Below, piece after piece: positions 45,041 to 53,295 of a stretch of 64,000 nucleotides of DNA. The notes under the pieces were generated by a model. The model made no database searches and was not told the origin of the DNA. It worked only from the letters and a program-made list of their open reading frames with translations. The first letter of the stretch is position 1. Every line of letters starts with the position of its first letter. Source of the stretch: Acidimicrobiales bacterium (lineage in GTDB: Bacteria; Actinomycetota; Acidimicrobiia; Acidimicrobiales; JBBSGY01); assembly GCA_044220495.1 (NCBI GenBank), contig JBGAQY010000002.1, positions 88,966-152,965 of the forward strand, in the 5' to 3' direction. Position numbers and translations under genes: made by a program.

Positions 45041-46206
45041 GTTGCTTTCTGCTCTACTGCCTGACGGGCAACCTGACGGGCTCGAAGGTCGGCTTCAAGA
45101 ACCACTTCGATCGAATCAGGGCTTTGTCGGTCGTGACTTTGCAAGGTTTCTTCAATGATGGACGAGATTCGATTCCAAGTCACACGGCGATCGAGAAAAG
45201 CGGCCACGGCAACCTCATTGGCCGCGTTAAGCCAGGTCGGGGCAGTACCACCGGTTCGTCCGGCAGCAAAGGCAAGCTCGAGACAGCGGAAGGTCTCACG
45301 GTCAGGCTCCTCGAATGTCAGCTGGCCCAACGCCGCCCAATCGATCGCGCCAAACGGCGTTTGCAAGCGTTCGGGGTGACCCATTGCGTAACCAATGGGC
45401 AATCGCATATCGGGGCGAGAGAGCTGCCCGATGGTCGAGCCGTCGGTGAATTCAACCGCCGAGTGCAAGATCGACTGCGGATGCACCACCACTTCGATGT
45501 CGTCGTAGGAAGTTCCAAACAGTTCGTGCGCTTCGATGACTTCGAGACCCTTGTTGAACAGCGTCGACGAATCGATGGTGATCTTTGGGCCCATGCTCCA
45601 CGTTGGGTGCGCGAGCGCGTCTTCGACGGAAACGTATTCGAGTTCGTCGCGCGTTCGTCCTCTGAACGGCCCACCGCTCGCCGTTACGACAAGCTTGCGA
45701 ATCGTGCGCCCTTGACCTGGCCCGCGATCTGTTTCTGCCCGGAGACATTGATGCAACGCACCGTGTTCTGAATCAACGGGCAGCAATTCAGCACCAGGCG
45801 TGTTGCGCACAGCCTGCACAAGCGGACCAGCAGCAATCAACGACTCTTTGTTGGCCAAGGCCAAGCGACGTCCGGCCGACAATGCTCCGAGCGTTACCGA
45901 CAGCCCAGCAAAACCAACGACCGCGTTGACAATGGTGTCGGCTTCACTCGCGAGCGACGCGAGCGCTTCGTCACCGACGCGCAGTTCAGTATTGGCGGGC
46001 AGGCGCGACTCAAGTTCTTTGGCGCGTTCAGCATCAACTACCGCAACGATGCGCGGGCGAAACTCGTGCGCTTGGGCAACAAGTGTGTCAACCGAAGAAC
46101 GCGCACCAATTGCCGTAATGGTAAAGCGATCGGGGTTCGCTCGAACAACGTCAGCAGCTTGGGTGCCAATGGATCCGGTAGACCCGACAAGGCTTACGGT
46201 GCGCAC
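45037..46206 (-). CDS. dxr: 1-deoxy-D-xylulose 5-phosphate reductoisomerase
   Basis: Contains LVGSTGSIGTQA, LANKESLI, VDSEH and HPQSI. Confidence 0.95.
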   Translation of the reverse strand: MRTVSLVGSTGSIGTQAADVVRANPDRFTITAIGARSSVDTLVAQAHEFRPRIVAVVDAERAKELESRLPANTELRVGDEALASLASEADTIVNAVVGFAGLSVTLGALSAGRRLALANKESLIAAGPLVQAVRNTPGAELLPVDSEHGALHQCLRAETDRGPGQGRTIRKLVVTASGGPFRGRTRDELEYVSVEDALAHPTWSMGPKITIDSSTLFNKGLEVIEAHELFGTSYDDIEVVVHPQSILHSAVEFTDGSTIGQLSRPDMRLPIGYAMGHPERLQTPFGAIDWAALGQLTFEEPDRETFRCLELAFAAGRTGGTAPTWLNAANEVAVAAFLDRRVTWNRISSIIEETLQSHDRQSPDSIEVVLEADLRARQVARQAVEQKAT

Positions 46207-46218
46207 GGTTGTTGCGAC

Positions 46219-47928
46219 TTACGGAACCAGGTCGAACAGATGAACCAGGTAGTAAGTCACTGGCAGCACTAACAACAGCGCGTCGAATCGGTCGAGCAAA
46301 CCGCCATGACCCGGAAGCAGGCGACCCATGTCTTTGATACCCAAGTCGCGCTTGACCATCGACTCGGCCAAGTCACCCAGCGGAGCAACCGCTGAAACCA
46401 CTAAGCCAAGACAAAGTCCACTCACAAAACCCCACGGCGAGATCAAAGAAACGAGAAGACCACCGACAACGACGGCGCAGATGGTGCCGGCCATCAGGCC
46501 CTCCCAAGTTTTGTTGGGGCTGATCGACGGAGCCAACAGACGCTTACCGATCGTGTTGCCACCAACGTAGGCACCGGTGTCGTAAGCAATCGTGACAAGC
46601 ACAGCACCAAGCAAAAAGGCCATGCCCGTGCGGTCGGGCATGCGAAGTAACAGTGGAGCAAAAGAGCCAAGCACGCCTACCCACACGTAACCGAGCACGG
46701 TTACTGCGACATTCGTCGTGGGCGGAGCTTTTGACACTCCAATCAAGAACCACAAGAAGCAGAACGCGATCAGCATCACCGTTATCAGCGGCAACGCAGT
46801 TTCGCCCCGGGTGTACGCGCCGATGAGCGTGCCTACGACGGCGAGCAAACCAAGCAACGTGGCCGGGCGGTATCCCGCGCGACGCAAGCCATCGAAGAGT
46901 TCGATCGCGCACGCGAACACCACAACTGATGCGAGAGCGAGGGCCCATGCGGGGCCGGCGCTGAATGCCGCAAACGCTGCAGCGGCAAAAACCGCTGCGG
47001 TGAGCACACGCTCACGAAACGATGGGGTGCGAAATGCCTTCGTTTTGTCTTTCGCAATCGCAGCTGCACTTGCCGTTCGAAAGCGATTGCCAGACGGTGA
47101 GCCTTTGTCAGAGCTTTTAGCCGCTGACTCGCTATCTGTCGTCTCACGACGTTCATGCGACTGCTCAGCTGTGGGCGTTGGCTCTGCAACTGATGCTGTC
47201 GGTGCAACTGATGTTGCTGTTGCGGACGATTCTGAAAAGGGCGGACGCTGCATGACTTCCTCAGTGGGTACTTCTAGTTCTTCGGGCAACGGATCTGACA
47301 ATTCGTCAGGCTCGTTTAAATGGTGAGCTTCGATAACGGTCTCATTGTCGACAGCACCTTTACCGGCAAACAATTCGTCTTGTTCGACGGATCGTTGTTC
47401 GACTGGTGATTGTTCAGCTGGTGGTTGTTCGCCGAGCACGTATTGCTCGGGCATCTCGTCGTCAATCTCGTCGACGAGCTCGTGCCGTTCACTTGATTCG
47501 TCGACGACATCGTCAGACTCGAGCCAATACGGGGTGGGCTCAAACGGAAGATCGTCAGGTACGACATGGTCGTCGCTGTCACCATGGTTGCGAGGGTCGT
47601 CGTGCGGCTCGTCGACGTCATTGTCGTCAGGCACCTGCGCGCTCGGCGACTCAGGCTCTTCTGGTGCATTCATCGTGAACAACGTCTGCGCTGGCGCACT
47701 CGACGTTGGTAGCGGAAAACTTGCAACAGGCGTTGCCGACGGCGAAGCATCATTTGCTGATGCGTTGGCCATCGTCGGCGAATCGTGGCGAGGTTGGCTG
47801 CCTAGTGGCTGGCGGCGCGTGACGACCTCGCCGGCCGAGATCGCTGCTTCGGCCTCGGCGCGCCCGACCAAACGCACGCCCTCGTCGGATGACTCTTCTG
47901 TATCGCGCTTGGGTTGCTCATCGTCCAT
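46219..47928 (-). CDS. cdsA: Phosphatidate cytidylyltransferase with a long acidic N-terminal extension
   Basis: The C-terminal roughly 280 aa are polytopic and carry the CdsA signature SMVKRDLGIKDMGRLLPGHGGLLDRFD. The N-terminal roughly 290 aa are D/E/P/S-rich with no TM. The true start is uncertain. Confidence 0.85.
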   Translation of the reverse strand: MDDEQPKRDTEESSDEGVRLVGRAEAEAAISAGEVVTRRQPLGSQPRHDSPTMANASANDASPSATPVASFPLPTSSAPAQTLFTMNAPEEPESPSAQVPDDNDVDEPHDDPRNHGDSDDHVVPDDLPFEPTPYWLESDDVVDESSERHELVDEIDDEMPEQYVLGEQPPAEQSPVEQRSVEQDELFAGKGAVDNETVIEAHHLNEPDELSDPLPEELEVPTEEVMQRPPFSESSATATSVAPTASVAEPTPTAEQSHERRETTDSESAAKSSDKGSPSGNRFRTASAAAIAKDKTKAFRTPSFRERVLTAAVFAAAAFAAFSAGPAWALALASVVVFACAIELFDGLRRAGYRPATLLGLLAVVGTLIGAYTRGETALPLITVMLIAFCFLWFLIGVSKAPPTTNVAVTVLGYVWVGVLGSFAPLLLRMPDRTGMAFLLGAVLVTIAYDTGAYVGGNTIGKRLLAPSISPNKTWEGLMAGTICAVVVGGLLVSLISPWGFVSGLCLGLVVSAVAPLGDLAESMVKRDLGIKDMGRLLPGHGGLLDRFDALLLVLPVTYYLVHLFDLVP

Positions 47929-48036
47929 TGCTGGCTGCGCCCTTTCGGGCTGACTCCCCCGTTCAGTGAATGTCGATATCGGCTCGGGCCAATTCGGAAC
48001 AATATCGAAGCCCCGATATGAACCCGCACCTGCGCC

Positions 48037-48606
48037 TCAAACGTCGAGAAGCTCCTGCTCTTTGTGAGCCAAGTGGCGATCAATCTCAGTCACGTAATCT
48101 TTCGTGATGCGATCGAGTTCTTTCTCGCCGCGCTCTAACTCGTCTGACGAAATATCACCGTCTTTTTCGAGGCCTTCGAGATCTTGTCGCGCCGAACGCC
48201 GCGCGTTTCTTACGGCAACGCGGCCGTCTTCGGCCTTCTGCTTCACAACTTTGACCAGCTCCTTACGACGTTCTGCCGTGAGTTGCGGAAAGTTCAGACG
48301 GATGACAGTGCCATCGTTGGAGGGGTTGATGCCAAGGTCAGAGTTTTGAATGGCTCGCTCGATATCAGTTAACGCGCCCTTGTCGTAGGGAGTGATTACC
48401 AGAAGGCGAGCTTCGGGAACGCTCATGCCCGCGATCTGCTGCAGAGGCACCTGACTGCCGTAGTACTCCACACGCAAACGCTCGACTAGCGCTGGAGAAG
48501 CACGGCCCGTACGAACGGTGCTGAACTCTGACTGCGTGTGTGCAACCGCTTTGCGCATGCTGTCGTGACACTCAGACAGGATTGCGTCATAAAGAGAATC
48601 ATCCAT
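48037..48606 (-). CDS. frr: Ribosome recycling factor
   Basis: 189 aa. Contains [13 protein letters not shown]...[14 protein letters not shown]...[25 protein letters not shown]. Confidence 0.95.
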   Translation of the reverse strand: [189 protein letters not shown]

Positions 48607-48649
48607 TGGTAATCAACCTAGTGCCGTATCACGAGACGAACAGACCGAT

Positions 48650-48690
48650 AAACAAAAGAAGCGGCACCGGTGAAGTTCACTCGGTGCCGC
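48650..48690 (-). terminator. Rho-independent terminator after tsf
   Basis: Stem gcggcaccg (48661-48669) pairs with cggtgccgc (48682-48690). On the minus strand it is followed by ttcttttgttt (48650-48660). Confidence 0.6.
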
Positions 48691-48705
48691 TCCAAAAATT
48701 GCCGA

Positions 48706-49500
48706 CTATTTGCCGACTTCGATTTGAGCAAACCGTGTGATCACGGCCGACCCGAGAAGCTGCGAAATCGTTTGCTTCTCATCTTTGGCGTAAGCCTGCT
48801 CGACCAAGACCACGTCTTTGAAGAAACCGTTGAGGCGACCGTCGATGATCTTGGGCAACGCCGCTTCGGGCTTGCCTTCGTTGCGGCTGATCGCTTCGAA
48901 GGTCTTGCGCTGTTGCTCGATTTCTTCAGCGGGAACTTCTTCACGCTTCAGATATTGCGGACGAGCAAAGGCAATGTGCACAGCGATGTCGTGCGCAAGT
49001 TCTTGCGTGCCGCCTTCGAGTTCGACCAAAACACCGTTGATGCCGCGGTCTGACTGAACGTGCAGGTATGAGTCGACAGCGCGACCAGGCTGCGCATCGA
49101 ACCGGACGACGCGACCAAGAGCGATGTTTTCTTTGAGCGCGATGTTGAGCTCTTCGATTTCACCCTGACGCTCGCTTGCTGCCGCTTCACCTTTAGAAGC
49201 GACGATGTTGGCGAGTTCGTTGACGAGGTTGACGAAATCTTCGTTCTTGGCGACGAAGTCGGTCTCGCATTTGAGCTCGACAACAGCAGCACCGGCATCG
49301 GTGATCGAAACCGCAACTGCGCCTTCAGCGTTCTCGCGATCAGCGCGCTTGGCCTGAGCAGAGAAGCCTTTTTCTTTAAGCCACTGCAGCGCAGCGTCGA
49401 AGTCGCCACTCGTTTCAACGAGCGCCTTCTTTGCATCCATCATGCCGGCGCCGCTGGTCTTGCGGAGCGCCTGCACGTCTTTTGCAGAAATCTCAGCCAT
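48706..49500 (-). CDS. tsf: Elongation factor Ts
   Basis: The N-terminal UBA-like segment is ISAKDVQALRKTSGAGMMDAKKALVETSGDFDAALQWLKEKG. 264 aa. Confidence 0.95.
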   Translation of the reverse strand: MAEISAKDVQALRKTSGAGMMDAKKALVETSGDFDAALQWLKEKGFSAQAKRADRENAEGAVAVSITDAGAAVVELKCETDFVAKNEDFVNLVNELANIVASKGEAAASERQGEIEELNIALKENIALGRVVRFDAQPGRAVDSYLHVQSDRGINGVLVELEGGTQELAHDIAVHIAFARPQYLKREEVPAEEIEQQRKTFEAISRNEGKPEAALPKIIDGRLNGFFKDVVLVEQAYAKDEKQTISQLLGSAVITRFAQIEVGK

Positions 49501-49506
49501 CTGTTC

Positions 49507-50367
49507 TTACTCCTCGTTGCTTGCTGTCGTCGCCGTTGCTTGCTTGGCAGCAGCCAAACGAGCCTCACGTTCGGCCTGTGCTTGGGCGGCCTCGTTGCGA
49601 GCCTTTGCTTGCTCGGCAGCCTTGCGCGCTTCGGCTTCTGGGTCGGGCGGGGTGGGTGGTTGCGGTGCACCAGGACGCTGCGCCGCCATCAAACGACCTT
49701 CTTCTACTGCGTCGGCAATCACGCGGCACATAAGCGTGCCCGAACGAATCGCGTCGTCGTTGCCGGGAATTACGTATTGGATGACATCGGGATCGCAGTT
49801 GGTGTCGACGACTGCGACGATTGGCATGCCGAGCTTGTTGGCCTCAGTGACGGCGATGTGTTCTTTCTTGGTGTCGATGATGAAGACCGCGTTAGGAGTC
49901 TTCTCGAGACCGCGAATACCGCCGAGGTTGCGCTGCAGTTTCGTGAGTTCACGGCGCAACAACAACGCTTCTTTCTTTGGCATGTTTTCGAAGTCGCCAG
50001 CAGCGAGCATGCGCTCGTACTCTTGCATCTTCTTCACGCGCGCACTCATCGTCGAAAAGTTGGTGAGCATGCCGCCGAGCCAACGTTCGTTGACGTAGGG
50101 CATGCCGCACTTTGCTGCGAAGTCGGCAACTGGATCTTGCGTTTGCTTCTTGGTTCCGACGAACAAGATTGTTCCGCCGCCGGCAACCAAGTCACGCACG
50201 AACTTGTACGCACTGTCGACGCGGTTGAGCGTCTGGTTGAGATCAATGATGTAAATGCCGTTGCGCTCACCAAAGATGAAACGCTTCATCTTGGGGTTCC
50301 AACGGCGGGTTTGGTGCCCGAAATGAACACCGGCGTCTAGCAATTGACGCATCGTTACGACGGCCAT
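49507..50367 (-). CDS. rpsB: 30S ribosomal protein S2
   Basis: [27 protein letters not shown]... The start at ATG 50367 is preferred to the track start at 50406. There is an A/E/Q-rich C-terminal tail. Confidence 0.97.
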   Translation of the reverse strand: MAVVTMRQLLDAGVHFGHQTRRWNPKMKRFIFGERNGIYIIDLNQTLNRVDSAYKFVRDLVAGGGTILFVGTKKQTQDPVADFAAKCGMPYVNERWLGGMLTNFSTMSARVKKMQEYERMLAAGDFENMPKKEALLLRRELTKLQRNLGGIRGLEKTPNAVFIIDTKKEHIAVTEANKLGMPIVAVVDTNCDPDVIQYVIPGNDDAIRSGTLMCRVIADAVEEGRLMAAQRPGAPQPPTPPDPEAEARKAAEQAKARNEAAQAQAEREARLAAAKQATATTASNEE

Positions 50368-50443
50368 GATTGTCCTTCCATAAGTTGATGAACCGAAGCG
50401 ACACACCTGAACTCAGGCGACCTTGGACGACATCACGCTCGAT

Positions 50444-50466
50444 GCAGCTCGTGCTACACGAGCTGC
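50444..50466. other. Perfect 10-bp-stem inverted repeat in the rpsB upstream or leader region (function unknown)
   Basis: gcagctcgtg-cta-cacgagctgc, about 80-100 nt upstream of the rpsB start on the minus strand. Confidence 0.4.
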
Positions 50467-50768
50467 GACGCCGAATCGCTACGGGGATTTACTCGGGCCC
50501 GGGCCGGTTGCCCAGGGATTCGACCGACACACTAGTCGCTCCACCAGGGCCGTTGTCTCTGCTGTATGACCCGCTCTAGCGGTCTGGTCCGCCCCTGCTC
50601 CAACGGCCTGACTGCCGCCCGGCCCGACCCGAAGCCGCCGGGCGTCTCTGCTGTATGACCCAACCCCGCAGGCTCGGCGCACTGGGCGCAGCCCGACCTG
50701 CGCATCCGCCTCACGACGGCCGGGCGCTAGGCGCCAGCTCTACCCGCCAGGCTCGGCGCACGCCCTTT

Positions 50769-50832
50769 CACCTACGCGAAAAGCCCAGATTTGGCCTCCG
50801 CGAGCGTCATTTTTGGGCTTTTTGCGTAGGTG
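50769..50832. repeat. Dispersed palindromic element, copy B (19-bp arms, 26-nt spacer)
   Basis: Left arm cacctacgcgaaaagccca (50769-50787) and right arm tgggctttttgcgtaggtg (50814-50832), with 1 mismatch. The left arm is identical to copy A. Lies directly downstream of the GNAT stop. Confidence 0.85.
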
Positions 50833-50855
50833 AAACGCAGCAGGGCGGCTCGAGC

Positions 50856-51380
50856 TCAGAGCCTTTTGACCAATACGGCAAACTCGAGGTCGTCTCGCTT
50901 GGGCAAGCCGAATCGCTCATCGCCATACGGAAACGGCTCGAACTCGCCGGTCGCTTGGTAACCAAGGCGCTCGTACCAGGCAATGAGGTCTTTTCTTTGT
51001 CGGATGACGGTCATTTTCACCTGTGTCACGCCGGCGGCCTGAGCTCGGATTTCGGCTTCTGTGATGAGCGCTCGCCCGATCCCCTGCCCTTGACGGGCCG
51101 GGTCGACGGCGAACATGCCGAAGTACAAGGTGTCACCCGGCGTGCTGACCGTCTTTGCGCAACCGACTAGATCGTCGCCCAACTCAGCGAGCAACACGTC
51201 ACTTGCGGCATCTTCGATGATGTCAATAACGGCCTGGGCGTCAGTACGTTGCCCATCGAGAAGGTCGGCTTCGGTCGTCCAACCCGCTCGACTCGAGTCG
51301 CCACGATATGCAGACTCGACAAGCGGCACGATGCGCGCAACATCGGTGGTGCTCGCCAGGCGAAACGCGATCGGTTCCAT
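50856..51380 (-). CDS. GNAT family N-acetyltransferase
   Basis: 174 aa. Contains FAVDPARQGQGIGRALITEAE, a Q/RxxGxG acetyl-CoA motif. Confidence 0.75.
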   Translation of the reverse strand: MEPIAFRLASTTDVARIVPLVESAYRGDSSRAGWTTEADLLDGQRTDAQAVIDIIEDAASDVLLAELGDDLVGCAKTVSTPGDTLYFGMFAVDPARQGQGIGRALITEAEIRAQAAGVTQVKMTVIRQRKDLIAWYERLGYQATGEFEPFPYGDERFGLPKRDDLEFAVLVKRL

Positions 51381-51883
51381 CAGCGCTCGACTCTAGGTGG
51401 CACAGGAACAAGGCGGGCCCGCCCAAAGAGCAACGCCGGATTCAGATAGTCGTCGTTGCGCCGAAGCCCAAAGTGAAGTCGATTGCCTGCCGCTCCGACG
51501 ACGTCGCCTTCGTTGACAACATCACCTTGGCGAACGGTTGTCTCGGCAAGTCCGCCGTAAGTGGTGCGCAAGTTGCGGCCGTGCGACACAACTACGTAAA
51601 GCGTGCCGGCTACTGATCCCGCAAAACTGACCACTCCCCCAAGTGCAGCGCGCACATCAGAGTCGGGCGATGTTGCGAAGTCGACACCACGATTGCCAGC
51701 CCCGTAACGATTAACCGGCGGTCGATATGGATCAACAACGGACCCACTCACCGGAGGCGTAACGGCCTCAGCCTGAGGCGCTCCGGCAATCGATGCGCAC
51801 TGTAGGCAAACAATGAACGCGACAAACAACACCCGAGATAGTTTGAAAACCAACACTTCTTGAACCCCACGTTTGGCCGGCAT
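51380..51883 (-). CDS. Secreted M23 (LytM-type) peptidase
   Basis: Contains NRGVDFAT...V.AALGGVVSFAG.....LYVVVSHGRNLRTTYGGL and HFGLRRNDDYLNP. Has an N-terminal signal or TM segment. TGATG overlap with the GNAT gene. Confidence 0.85.
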   Translation of the reverse strand: MPAKRGVQEVLVFKLSRVLFVAFIVCLQCASIAGAPQAEAVTPPVSGSVVDPYRPPVNRYGAGNRGVDFATSPDSDVRAALGGVVSFAGSVAGTLYVVVSHGRNLRTTYGGLAETTVRQGDVVNEGDVVGAAGNRLHFGLRRNDDYLNPALLFGRARLVPVPPRVER

Positions 51884-51987
51884 TTATGCCAGGCAACTGA
51901 TTGGGGGAAGGCGTTAACAGGCGAAGCTAGCACCGGCTCGCCGCAGTGACGCCACGGTTCAACCAAACCCTAGGGCGGTCGAGCGGT

Positions 51988-52776
51988 TTACGAGCTGGCT
52001 TCGCGAGTTGGCTCAGCCAGGCGACCACGCAACTGGAACACGGCCTTTGTGTGGATCTGGCACACGCGACTTTCGGTGACGCCCAACACTTCGCCGATCT
52101 CAGCAAGCGTGAGACCTTCGTAGTAGTAGAGCGTCAACACGATCTTTTCGCGATCACCCAAGCGGTTGATGGCACGAGCGAGGATCTGCTTCATCTCTTC
52201 GACTTCGTATGCAGCAACCGGGCCATCGGTGCGATCAGGAAGACTTTCGCCAAGTGTTGCAACTTCACCGCGCTCGCCGCTTACGGCCAGCATCTCGTCG
52301 AGAGCAACGATGCCGACGAACGACACTTGGTTGAAGATGGCGTGCAACTCAGCCTCGCTGATGCCCATCTCTTTTGCGATCTCTTCATCAGTCGGAGTGC
52401 GAAGCAGCTTCGACTCAAGCTTTGAGTAAGCCTTTTCGACTGAACGAGCCTTTGCGCGAACTGAACGCGGCACCCAGTCAATCGAACGGAGCTCATCGAT
52501 GATGGCGCCCTTGATGCGCGCGATTGCGTATGTCTCGAATTTGATGTTTCGGCTGGTGTCGAACTTTTGAATTGCGTCGATGAGACCGAACATTCCGTAG
52601 CTAACGAGGTCTGACTGCTCGATGTTCTGCGGGAGACCGACGGCGACACGACCGGCGACGTACTTCACCAGTGGCGAGTAGTGAACGATCAGGCGATCGC
52701 GCGACTCGCGCGACCTATCAGCCTCAAAGGCGGCCCACAGTTGGGCAATACCGGTGATCTCCTCGTCAGTTTGCAC
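51988..52776 (-). CDS. whiG: FliA/WhiG-type (sigma-28 family) RNA polymerase sigma factor
   Basis: Region 2 is [18 protein letters not shown]...[18 protein letters not shown]. Region 4 is [23 protein letters not shown]. The position near rpsB and dprA matches the actinobacterial whiG locus. Confidence 0.85.
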   Translation of the reverse strand: MQTDEEITGIAQLWAAFEADRSRESRDRLIVHYSPLVKYVAGRVAVGLPQNIEQSDLVSYGMFGLIDAIQKFDTSRNIKFETYAIARIKGAIIDELRSIDWVPRSVRAKARSVEKAYSKLESKLLRTPTDEEIAKEMGISEAELHAIFNQVSFVGIVALDEMLAVSGERGEVATLGESLPDRTDGPVAAYEVEEMKQILARAINRLGDREKIVLTLYYYEGLTLAEIGEVLGVTESRVCQIHTKAVFQLRGRLAEPTREASS

Positions 52777-53067
52777 GAAGCTCTCAATTTCCGGGCCCCG
52801 GGCCCCTCATGGCGATTACGTACGAATTGCACATCGGCACATTTGAGCTGGTTATGAGCCGCGACCCACGCCTACGGCGAGGTTAGTGGCCCGGCAAGCC
52901 CCCTGCACGGACGACAGTTGAACACCAAAACCGCCCGCCGTAATCCCGCCGGACACCCTGGAGAGTGACCCAGAACCATTACCGGGTGAGTTCGTTCGCC
53001 AGGGGCGCGCCACGACGTCATCAGTTCGTCGGACTCACATAGGGCTAAGTCAGTTCTTTCACAACAG

Positions 53068-53295
53068 ATGAGCGGTCGGCCTCGAGAGCACTGGCTTTGC
53101 ATCGGTGCTGGCCCACGTGAGCGCTGGCTTCACGTCGACCCTTGCCTCGCATCGGTGCTGGCCCGCATGAGCGGTGGCCCGCATGAGCGCCGGCTTCGCA
53201 TCGACCCTTGCTTCGCATCGGTGCTGGCCCGCATGAGCGCTGGCTTCGCCCGAGCGCTTGCCTCACGTCGGCGCTGGCTTCACGTCGGCGCTCGC
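53068..53295. repeat. Imperfect tandem repeat array (units about 50-66 bp) abutting and overlapping the dprA 3' end
   Basis: gcatcggtgctggccc starts at 53099, 53149 and 53215. Units have the form gcatcggtgctggccc[a/g]c[g/a]tgagcg[c/g]tggcttc[a/g]c[g/a]tcgacccttgc[c/t]tc. Unit 2 has an internal 16-nt duplication (gcccgcatgagcg). tcacgtcggcgct is repeated at about 53264 and 53279, the second copy covering the dprA stop. Confidence 0.85.

Noticed and set aside
52777-53067. A possible structured ncRNA or riboswitch in the ~290-bp whiG upstream region, which contains GC-rich palindromes such as ccgggccccgggcccc at about 52793
   Set aside because: I could not match it to any RNA family I know (6C, SAM, TPP, etc.). 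The palindromes are short and GC-driven. The region is left unannotated.
52872-53102. A possible decayed xerC remnant between whiG and dprA. The 76-aa minus-strand ORF contains ...VMVLGHSPG..., which faintly recalls the LLGHxS motif of tyrosine recombinases
   Set aside because: The similarity is only 4-5 residues. No RHRY-type context (HxLRH, YTH) appears in any frame that I translated. This is consistent with chance.
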